A stretch of DNA of 64,000 bases, taken from positions 1,000,486-1,064,485 of the forward strand of contig JAXHLG010000002.1 of NCBI GenBank assembly GCA_034522495.1. The letters are read 5' to 3'. Numbering within the stretch: the stretch's first letter is position 1; every line of letters begins with the position of its first letter. This document shows, in pieces, positions 52,782 to 60,288 of this stretch. The position numbers and the translations under genes are program-made. The notes beneath the pieces were generated by a model that worked only from the letters and a program-made list of their open reading frames with translations, did not search any database and was not told the DNA's origin. This DNA comes from Candidatus Moraniibacteriota bacterium (lineage in GTDB: Bacteria > Patescibacteriota > Minisyncoccia > Moranbacterales > DUUL01).

Positions 52782-52792
52782 GAAGTATTTTT

Positions 52793-53149
52793 ATGAAAAA
52801 ACTGCCGGCAAAAGCGTTCTTTCATGTCCTGATCAACGCGCTGGCCATTTATGCCGCCGTCCGGTTCATTGACGGCATAACTATGGAAATAACGCTGACA
52901 AACCTTTTACTGGCCGGCGCTTTGCTGGGCCTGGTAAACGTTTTGCTCAGACCGATTCTGGTTTTGTTCTCCCTGCCTTTTATCATATTGACTTTTGGCC
53001 TGTTTACTGTAATCATAAACATCAGTTTACTATTTTTGGTTTCTTTTCTGTTTCCCTCATTTGCCATTGAAGGCTTTTGGGCGGCGCTGTGGGGAGTAAT
53101 CGTTATCAGCTTGGTCAATTATTTATTATCTTACTTAATAGAAAATTAA
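52793..53149 (+). CDS. Phage-holin-family-4-like (YvlD-type) small membrane protein
   Basis: The protein reads MKKLPAKAFFHVLINALAIYAAVRFIDGI ... LLRPILVLFSLPFIILTFGLF. I moved the start to ATG 52793 because the track start at 52760 lies inside the repeat. Confidence 0.65.
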   Translation: MKKLPAKAFFHVLINALAIYAAVRFIDGITMEITLTNLLLAGALLGLVNVLLRPILVLFSLPFIILTFGLFTVIINISLLFLVSFLFPSFAIEGFWAALWGVIVISLVNYLLSYLIEN

Positions 53150-53158
53150 TTTAAAAAA

Positions 53159-53392
53159 ATGCTGCAAATCTTATCTTACATACAATTAATTATCGCCGTG
53201 TTGCTAACGGCCTCGGTTTTGATGCAAAACAGGGGCTCCGGACTGTCAGCCGCTTTCGGCGGAGGAATGAGCGGATTTCACACCAAAAGAGGCATTGAAA
53301 AATTTCTTTATTGGGCTTCTGCCTCACTGGGAACGCTTTTCATTCTCAATTCCCTGGCATCTCTAATAATATCCGCCCAAACCATTAAATAG
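53159..53392 (+). CDS. secG: Preprotein translocase subunit SecG
   Basis: The 77-aa protein has two TM helices and the motif LLTASVLMQNRGSGLSAAFGGG. Confidence 0.75.
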   Translation: MLQILSYIQLIIAVLLTASVLMQNRGSGLSAAFGGGMSGFHTKRGIEKFLYWASASLGTLFILNSLASLIISAQTIK

Positions 53393-53396
53393 CTAT

Positions 53397-55145
53397 ATGA
53401 AAAAATCAAGTTATACCGAAGCAACTAAATCATCCTTGAAATCCTCCTCAAAAAAAATAAAGTCCTGGGTAAAAATCTTTAACAAAAAAGAAAAAACCGT
53501 CCTTTATTGCGCCATTTTTTTGTTTGTATTTGCTTTGGCCGGATGGTCGGTTTACTATTACTTTTCTTCCACTAAAGAAGTGGCCGCCCAGGGAGGAGAA
53601 TACACCGAGGGCATTGTGGGAAAACCGATTTATGTTAATCCGCTGTTGAGCCAAACCAACGAAATCGATGTAGCGCTAAGCGATCTTATTTACTCTTCCT
53701 TGTTCAAATACGGGAAAAACGCCGAAATTAAAAATGATCTGGCAGAAAGCTACCAGGTATCGGAAAACAAAAAAACCTATACAATAAAGATAAAAGAGGA
53801 TGTAAAATGGCACGACGGGAAGCCCTTAACCGCCGAGGATATTTATTTTACCGTCCGGCTTATTCAAAACCCTCAATTTAAAAGCACCTTGAGAAGCAGT
53901 TTCCAAGATGTTGAAGTGGAAGCGGTAGACGAGAGAACCGTCAAATTTAAATTACAGGAGCCGTTCAGCCCTTTTTTGAATAAATTAACCTTCGGAATAC
54001 TGCCCAAGCATATTTTCAAAAACATTTCTTCCGGAAATTTTTTGATCAATGAATTCAATCTCAAACCGGTTGGCTCGGGACCCTTTGAATTTTCCAATTT
54101 TGAGAAAGACGAACAAGACAATATTATTTCCTACCAGCTTATCGCCAATGATGAATACTATGGACAAAGGCCCTATTTGGAACAGCTTAACTTCAGTTTC
54201 TACACTTCCGAGAAAGAACTGATTGACGCCTACAACAAAAAGGAAATCAACGGTTTCGGCATCTTCTCCTATGACAACATCAAGCAATTCGAAGACGACA
54301 AAACCACAAGGGTAAAGTCTTTCGAAATTCCCCGCTATTTCAGCGTATTTTATAACCAAACCAAATCCAAAGCCCTGTCGGATAAAAACGTGAGGAGAGC
54401 GCTCTCTTACGCTATCAACCGCGAACAAATCATCAATGAAGTTTTTCACGGTTATGCCCGGGAAGTGTATTCGCCGGTGTTGGATTCTTTCGGCAAATTC
54501 TCTTCTAACGATGAAGCTGAAAAATACTTCTACAGCACAGAAGAAGCTAAGAAAATTCTTGAAGAAGCCGGATGGGAAGAGCAAGACAACGGCATCAGGG
54601 TCAAAACAAATGACGATGAGAAAATCGAGTTAAAGATTGCCTTGGTATGCGCCAATTGGAGTCCGCTGGAAAAAAGTGCGGAGAAGATTAAAAAACAATG
54701 GGAGGAAGTCGGAGCGGAAGTGGAAGTAAAAACCTTGGAAATCAACGAAGTACAGCAAAATTACATAAAAACCAGGGATTATGAAGCTCTTTTATTCGGA
54801 CAGGAATATTTCGGCAACGATCCGGACCCTTATCACTTCTGGCACTCCTCGGAAAAGCAAGATCCCGGTAAAAATCTTGCCGTGTTCGACGAAGAAGAGG
54901 CGGATAAATTATTGGAAGAAGCAAGAGAAATCCATGATGTAAACAAAAGAGAAGAAAAATACAACCAACTGGAAAAAATAATAACCGAAGAGTCCCCCGC
55001 CAGCTTCCTTTTCAGCGCCGACTATGTTTATATTGTTAACGATAAAGTTAAAGGCCTGGGCACTCAGTCCGTCACCAACCCCGCCTTAAGATTCCAACAA
55101 ATAAACGACTGGTATATAAATACAAAAAGAGTAAAGAAGGATTGA
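53397..55145 (+). CDS. ABC transporter substrate-binding protein, family 5 (peptide/nickel type), membrane-anchored
   Basis: The protein has an N-terminal TM helix. The family 5 SBP pattern is LFKYGKNAEIKNDLAESYQVSENKKTYTIKIKEDVKWHDGKPLTAEDIYFT. Confidence 0.75.
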   Translation: MKKSSYTEATKSSLKSSSKKIKSWVKIFNKKEKTVLYCAIFLFVFALAGWSVYYYFSSTKEVAAQGGEYTEGIVGKPIYVNPLLSQTNEIDVALSDLIYSSLFKYGKNAEIKNDLAESYQVSENKKTYTIKIKEDVKWHDGKPLTAEDIYFTVRLIQNPQFKSTLRSSFQDVEVEAVDERTVKFKLQEPFSPFLNKLTFGILPKHIFKNISSGNFLINEFNLKPVGSGPFEFSNFEKDEQDNIISYQLIANDEYYGQRPYLEQLNFSFYTSEKELIDAYNKKEINGFGIFSYDNIKQFEDDKTTRVKSFEIPRYFSVFYNQTKSKALSDKNVRRALSYAINREQIINEVFHGYAREVYSPVLDSFGKFSSNDEAEKYFYSTEEAKKILEEAGWEEQDNGIRVKTNDDEKIELKIALVCANWSPLEKSAEKIKKQWEEVGAEVEVKTLEINEVQQNYIKTRDYEALLFGQEYFGNDPDPYHFWHSSEKQDPGKNLAVFDEEEADKLLEEAREIHDVNKREEKYNQLEKIITEESPASFLFSADYVYIVNDKVKGLGTQSVTNPALRFQQINDWYINTKRVKKD

Positions 55146-55437
55146 GTCGTAAGATGCGGAATTTAAGGTGCGAAAGATTAGATATAAGCAACAAAAGAAA
55201 AGAAGTTAAAAATAGCTTAAAAACAATTCAAAAGTCAAAATTCAAAACGCAAAGCTATGGCTCAAAACTAAAAGCTAAATAAACAAGCAAAGTCGGTTCT
55301 ATGTATTTGCTTCTTTACATAAAATTTCCTAAATCTTTTATCTGTTTGTTTGAGCATATAAAACTATTTTAGTTTTAAGTTTACAGTTGTAGTTTTGAGT
55401 TTTGCTTTTTGCGATTTGAGTTTCAGTCCCCAATAAA

Positions 55438-55607
55438 GGGACTGCTTCCAAACACCGTTCTTACTGCAATCCCACCTTTTTTGCTAAATTTTCCAAAATT
55501 TTTTTGCCTTAGCTAAGGCTATCCCGCAATGCGGAACAAAAATTGTTTGAAAAATTTATCTAAAAAATGAGAAATTTCGTATTAAAACGGTGCTTGGAAA
55601 CAGTCCC
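55438..55607. repeat. Repeat family D, copy 2: ~170-nt element with 22-bp terminal inverted repeats
   Basis: The terminal repeats are gggactgcttccaaacaccgtt ... aacggtgcttggaaacagtccc. The interior shares gcaatcccaccttttttgctaaattttccaaa with 44578-44657 and cccgcaatgcggaaca with family A. Confidence 0.75.
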
Positions 55608-55670
55608 ATCAAACTTAACTCCTAATACAACAGGATAGCTAACAAATATTATCAATAAATATTCAAACCT

Positions 55671-56651
55671 ATGGATAAATACAATTTACGCCAAATTATT
55701 CTGGATTATCCCCGTCAGCTGGATTTGGGACAAAAATTTGCCAAAGGCGTCACGGTTGCGAAAAAAGATTTTAAGAATTTGGTAATTTGCGGCATGGGCG
55801 GATCCGCTCTGCCGGCCGATTTGCTTGCCAGCTACCTGGCCAATCAAGAAGAGTCTTTTGGTTTGCCTGTTTACATCAGCAGGGACTACGCCTTGCCGGC
55901 CGGAACGGACGAAAACTCCTTGGTGTTTATATCTTCTTATTCGGGAAACACGGAAGAAACGATATCTTGTTTCCATCACGCCTTGAAGGTAAAAACCTCC
56001 ATCGTTGCTTTCTCGGAAAGAGGAGCCGTTGAGAAAATGGCCAAAGAAAACCAAGTTCCCCACGTAAAATATTCCATAGATTTCCCTCATTTTCAACCCC
56101 GCTATGCCAACACTTACGCCTTTGCCGCTATGCATCAAGTCTTGACAAACTTAGAATTAACTGATAGTATAGCAAGGTTTCCTAAAATCGATTCTTCCAA
56201 ATCCGAAGATTACGGTAAAAGGCTGGCTAAAAAAGCTAAAAATAAAATTCCCATAGTTTACGCTTCCAATCGATTCAAAGTTATTGCCCGCAATTGGAAG
56301 ATAAAAATAAATGAAAACGCCAAATCTCCGGCATTTTGGAATTATTTTCCGGAGTTGAATCACAATGAGATGCTGGGATTTTCTTTGCCCAAAAATGAAT
56401 ATTTTGTGTTTATGCTAAGAGACAAAGAAGACCATCCCAGAACCCGGGAGAGAATGGAACTGACTTCGGAAATTTATAGAAAAAAAGGATTGGAAACCGC
56501 GCTAATCGATATTGAGGGCGAGAATTATTTGGAAAAAAGTTTACGGTCATTAGTCCTGGGCGACTGGGTTTCTTATTATTTGGCTCAAGAATACGAACAA
56601 GACCCCACTCCGGTAGATTTGGTGGAAGAGTTTAAGAAGAAACTTTCATAA
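55671..56651 (+). CDS. Bifunctional phosphoglucose/phosphomannose isomerase (SIS domain)
   Basis: The motifs are ICGMGGSALPADLL ... SSYSGNTEET ... NHNEM. The length of 326 aa is typical of the archaeal/CPR PGI-PMI family. Confidence 0.75.
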   Translation: MDKYNLRQIILDYPRQLDLGQKFAKGVTVAKKDFKNLVICGMGGSALPADLLASYLANQEESFGLPVYISRDYALPAGTDENSLVFISSYSGNTEETISCFHHALKVKTSIVAFSERGAVEKMAKENQVPHVKYSIDFPHFQPRYANTYAFAAMHQVLTNLELTDSIARFPKIDSSKSEDYGKRLAKKAKNKIPIVYASNRFKVIARNWKIKINENAKSPAFWNYFPELNHNEMLGFSLPKNEYFVFMLRDKEDHPRTRERMELTSEIYRKKGLETALIDIEGENYLEKSLRSLVLGDWVSYYLAQEYEQDPTPVDLVEEFKKKLS

Positions 56652-56654
56652 TAC

Positions 56655-56703
56655 CGTGTAAAATTAGCGGGGTATAGGATTTTTTGAAATTCCTATACGA
56701 TAA
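56655..56703 (+). repeat. 49-bp direct repeat (family G), copy 1
   Basis: The sequence cgtgtaaaattagcggggtataggattttttgaaattcctatacgataa is repeated at 56865-56913 with 2 mismatches. It contains the 8-bp stem gtatagga/tcctatac. Confidence 0.85.
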
Positions 56704-56827
56704 GTTATTCCATATGATAATTGGTAATTGGTTATTTGCAATTTTTTTTGGCAAATTGCCGGTAACGAATTACGAATTACATAAATTAAGCTTCGCACAT
56801 TTAGCATTCCGCATAAATCTGCGCTTG

Positions 56828-56856
56828 CCCCGTTGCTACGAAGTAGTTTTACGGGG
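56828..56856 (+). repeat. Hairpin repeat family C, copy 6 (variant loop)
   Basis: The sequence is ccccgttgctacgaagtagttttacgggg, preceded by gcgcttg. Confidence 0.65.
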
Positions 56857-56864
56857 TTGTAATC

Positions 56865-56913
56865 CGCGTAAAATCAGCGGGGTATAGGATTTTTTGAAAT
56901 TCCTATACGATAA
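56865..56913 (+). repeat. 49-bp direct repeat (family G), copy 2
   Basis: The sequence is cgcgtaaaatcagcggggtataggattttttgaaattcctatacgataa. Confidence 0.85.
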
Positions 56914-56985
56914 ATGTAATTCTTCTTCTTAAATATACGGAGATAAATATCTCCAATAATAATTAAATTATTAATTAACCATTAT

Positions 56986-58752
56986 ATGACACAAGAAAAA
57001 ACCAAGACCGGGCAAGAACCCCGGCAAAAGAAGGCCGTGAATAAGAATTCCGGCAATCAAGGCCATGACGGGCCCGTGAATAAGAAAGATAAGTTGCGGA
57101 TTATCCCTCTCGGCGGGCTAGAAGAAATTGGCCGCAATATGACCGTATTTGAATACGGCGATGATATTATTATCGTTGATTGCGGGCTAATGTTTCCGGA
57201 AGAGAAAATGATGGGAATCGACTACATTATTCCCAATATTAAATATCTGAAGAACAAGAAAAAGAAAATTCGCGGAGTAATTATCACCCACGGCCACTTC
57301 GACCACATCGGCGGATTGCCGCAAATCATTCCCGAACTGGGAAATCCGCCCGTTTATGCCACTGATTTAACCAGGGGAATCATTATGAAAAGACAAGAGG
57401 ACTATAAAGACCAAGCCCCCTTGAATATCAAGAGGGTAAGAAAGATAGATAAATTAAGATTGGGATCCTTCGGGGTGGATTTCTTTCATGTAAACCATTC
57501 TATTCCGGACGCGGTAGGCCTCTTGATCCGCACGCCGGTGGGAAATATCATGCATACCGGCGACTTCAAGTTTGATCACTCTCCCGTGGGCGATGTTCCG
57601 GCCGATATTTCCAAGATAGCCCGCTTGGGATCGGAGGGAGTTTTGGCCTTAATGTCCGATAGCACCGACTCCCAGACAAAAGGATACAGCATTTCCGAAT
57701 CCAAGATTAAAGAAAATTTAGAAAATATTTTTAAAGAATCCCGCGGCAGAGTTATCGCCGCTACTTTTTCCTCCCTGGTCAGCCGTATCCAAGAAATCAT
57801 TGAAGTGGCCGAAAAGAATGGAAGGAAGGTGGCCATCGAAGGCTACTCCATGAAAAACATTGTGGAAATTGCCAAACAACTGGGATACATCAACGCAAAA
57901 AAATCCACCTTTATCGACGTCAAAGAAATAGACAGATACCCCGACAGCAAGGTGGCAATTTTATGCACCGGGGCCCAAGGAGAAAGCAACGCCGTCCTGA
58001 TGAGGATTATTAACAATGAACACAAACACATTCAAGTTCATTACGGCGATACTATAATCTTTTCCTCCTCGGTTATCCCCGGAAATGAAAGAACGGTTCA
58101 AGGTTTGAAAGACACTCTTTATAAAAAAGGGGCCCACGTCATCCATTACAAAATGATGGACATTCATTCCGGAGGCCACGCCAGGCAGGAAGATTTGAAA
58201 ATGATGATCAACTTGGTGCGCCCGAAATACCTGATACCCATTCACGGAACCTACTACATGCTGAAAATCCACGGGCAATTGGGCGAGGAAGTGGGATTGA
58301 AAAAAGAAAATGTCCTAGTGGGAGAAAACGGCAGAGTAATAGAGTTCGACAAAAAACAGCAAGGCAGGCTAACCAACGAGAAAGTTCCTTGCTCCTATGT
58401 AATGCTCGACGGCCTCGGCATAGGCGACGTAGGCAACGTGGTACTTAGAGACCGGCAATTATTGGCTGAGGATGGCATGTTTACCATTATTTCCATTGTG
58501 GATAAAGAAAAGAGAAGGGTAATAGGCGAGCCGCAAGTGGCTTCCCGAGGATTCATTTACGTTAAAGAAAATTTCGAACTGGTAAATGAAACCAAAAGCA
58601 AAGCCAAAAAAATAATCAATAACATTATTTCCAAAGAAGCTGAACCCAATTGGGACTACATCAAAAACAACATTCGCGACACAGTCGGCCAATTCCTATT
58701 CCAAAAAACCCAGAGAAGGCCCATGGTGCTGCCTGTTATTATTGAGGTGTAA
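56986..58752 (+). CDS. rnj: Ribonuclease J
   Basis: The metallo-beta-lactamase motif is THGHFDHIGG, and a beta-CASP region is present. The segment HSGGHARQEDL and the 588-aa length also fit. Confidence 0.92.
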   Translation: MTQEKTKTGQEPRQKKAVNKNSGNQGHDGPVNKKDKLRIIPLGGLEEIGRNMTVFEYGDDIIIVDCGLMFPEEKMMGIDYIIPNIKYLKNKKKKIRGVIITHGHFDHIGGLPQIIPELGNPPVYATDLTRGIIMKRQEDYKDQAPLNIKRVRKIDKLRLGSFGVDFFHVNHSIPDAVGLLIRTPVGNIMHTGDFKFDHSPVGDVPADISKIARLGSEGVLALMSDSTDSQTKGYSISESKIKENLENIFKESRGRVIAATFSSLVSRIQEIIEVAEKNGRKVAIEGYSMKNIVEIAKQLGYINAKKSTFIDVKEIDRYPDSKVAILCTGAQGESNAVLMRIINNEHKHIQVHYGDTIIFSSSVIPGNERTVQGLKDTLYKKGAHVIHYKMMDIHSGGHARQEDLKMMINLVRPKYLIPIHGTYYMLKIHGQLGEEVGLKKENVLVGENGRVIEFDKKQQGRLTNEKVPCSYVMLDGLGIGDVGNVVLRDRQLLAEDGMFTIISIVDKEKRRVIGEPQVASRGFIYVKENFELVNETKSKAKKIINNIISKEAEPNWDYIKNNIRDTVGQFLFQKTQRRPMVLPVIIEV

Positions 58753-58774
58753 GAAGCACTCTTTGAATAACTGA

Positions 58775-58806
58775 AAAACCGGCCTGTAAAGCCGGTTTTT
58801 TGTTTT
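58775..58806. terminator. Bidirectional rho-independent terminator between rnj and ruvB
   Basis: The hairpin aaaaaccggc-ctgtaaa-gccggttttttg is flanked by an A-run and a T-run. Confidence 0.8.
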
Positions 58807-58901
58807 CTTTTTTTATTGAAATTCCTAATGGAGACTGTTCCCAATGCTTAAAATAACACTAAAAATTTTAGCCAAACAAATCTCCTGCTGCTTGATGCCC
58901 G

Positions 58902-59918
58902 TTATTGGAATAAACTTCCCTGCCTGTCTTCATCCGGCGCTTCCAAGCCGAGATGATCGTAAGCTGACTTGGTGGCTTTCCGGCCTCGAGGGGTACGCTC
59001 CAGCATTCCAATTTGAATCAGATATGGCTCGTATACATCTTCAATGGTCTGGGATTCTTCCGCTACCGCCGCGGCTATGGTTTGCACTCCCACCGGCCCT
59101 CCGTTGAATTTCTCTATCATAACCCTTAAAATTTCCCTGTCTGCCGGCTCTAAGCCAAGCTGATCCACTTCCATCATCCCCAAGGACTTTTCTACAATTT
59201 TCTTGTTTATAATTTCCGATTCGTTTATTTGCGCATAGTCCCGAACTCTTTTGAGAAGGCGATTAGCCACTCGGGGAGTTTTCCGGCTGCAGGCGGCAAC
59301 TGTATCGCACCCTTCTTCGTTTAAGCCGACATTCAATATCTTGGCCGACCTTCTAAGTATTTGGCCGATTTCTTCCTGCTCATAAAAATTTAACCGATAG
59401 ATAGCTCCAAATCTATTCCTCAAGGGAGAAGAAAGCATTCCCAGCCTGGTAGTCGCTCCGATTATGGTAAACTTGGGCAAATCCAGCTGGATAGTTCTGG
59501 CCGACGGTCCCTTGCCCAAAATAATGTCCAGCTTCCCGTCCTCCATGGCCGGATAAAGAACCTCTTCCACAGTTTTGTTCAATCTGTGGATTTCATCCAC
59601 AAACAAAACATCCCCGTCGTTAAGATTGGTTAAAATGGATCCCAAGTCTCCCACTCTTTCAATGGCCGGACCGGACGTGGATTTTATTCCGGCTCCCATC
59701 TCATTGGCAATAATTTGGGCTAAAGTGGTTTTTCCAAGCCCGGGAGGGCCGAAAAGCAGAACGTGATCCACGGACTCGCCTCTTTTTTTGGCTGCTTGAA
59801 TCAGAATATGAAGATTTTTTTTAGTCTGTTTTTGCCCTATATATTCTCCAAAGTTCTGAGGCCTTAAATTTGATTCAAAATTTTCTTCATAAGGCTCTTG
59901 CTGGTTGGACGTAATCAT
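58902..59918 (-). CDS. ruvB: Holliday junction branch migration ATPase RuvB
   Basis: The motifs are [12 protein letters not shown], Walker [10 protein letters not shown] and Walker [11 protein letters not shown] placed the start at ATG 59918. Confidence 0.92.
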   Translation of the reverse strand: MITSNQQEPYEENFESNLRPQNFGEYIGQKQTKKNLHILIQAAKKRGESVDHVLLFGPPGLGKTTLAQIIANEMGAGIKSTSGPAIERVGDLGSILTNLNDGDVLFVDEIHRLNKTVEEVLYPAMEDGKLDIILGKGPSARTIQLDLPKFTIIGATTRLGMLSSPLRNRFGAIYRLNFYEQEEIGQILRRSAKILNVGLNEEGCDTVAACSRKTPRVANRLLKRVRDYAQINESEIINKKIVEKSLGMMEVDQLGLEPADREILRVMIEKFNGGPVGVQTIAAAVAEESQTIEDVYEPYLIQIGMLERTPRGRKATKSAYDHLGLEAPDEDRQGSLFQ

Positions 59919-59976
59919 ATGAATTACTTTTTTAAAACAATTAAACAAAAGCCTAATCAACAATTATCAATAATCC

Positions 59977-60005
59977 CTTGACAAAATTAAAATCCTATGT
60001 TAGGC
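59977..60005 (+). promoter_or_regulatory. Strong sigma70-like promoter with no downstream ORF
   Basis: TTGACA (59977-82) is followed by 17 nt and TGtTAGGCT (-10 at 60000-05). It is nearly the same motif as the rpsO promoter (ccTATGTTAGgCT). Confidence 0.45.
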
Positions 60006-60011
60006 TTACTT

Positions 60012-60288
60012 TTCAGGTTGTTAGGGGTTATTAATAGAAAAAACAACCTTTCTCCCAAAGTTAATTATAACCAAAAAATAGTTTTTTGTCATCAAACTGT
60101 AGACAAAGGGGGTGTTTAGGCTAACTTTTCCCCTAAAGGAGCTTTTCTCAGATAAAAGGGTGTTGCGGTTCAGGCTTCAATATTCCTCGGAACTGCTCTA
60201 AACCCGGGCTTTTATAAGCCTCCGGGTGGTGTCTACAGCTTAATGACAGAAAACAAAGCTCTCATTTTTTCTAAAATGGGAGTTTTTT
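60012..60288 (+). ncRNA. Candidate ~270-nt non-coding transcript (unclassified)
   Basis: It is bounded by the promoter above and by a hairpin plus T-run (gctctcatttt..aaaatgggag-tttttt, 60259-60288). A 9-bp long-range stem ctgtagaca/tgtctacag (about 60100 and 60230) encloses several hairpins. No credible ORF is present. Confidence 0.25.

Noticed and set aside
52760-52792. Upstream start codon for the holin-family protein
   Set aside because: The ATG lies inside the family S repeat, and the extension MTFFSGFRSIF is repeat-encoded. The ATG at 52793 gives the canonical MKK... N-terminus.
56684-56887. 67-aa ORF between the two 49-bp direct repeats
   Set aside because: It starts inside one repeat copy and ends in the other, has no RBS, and its sequence is dictated by repeat and word content.
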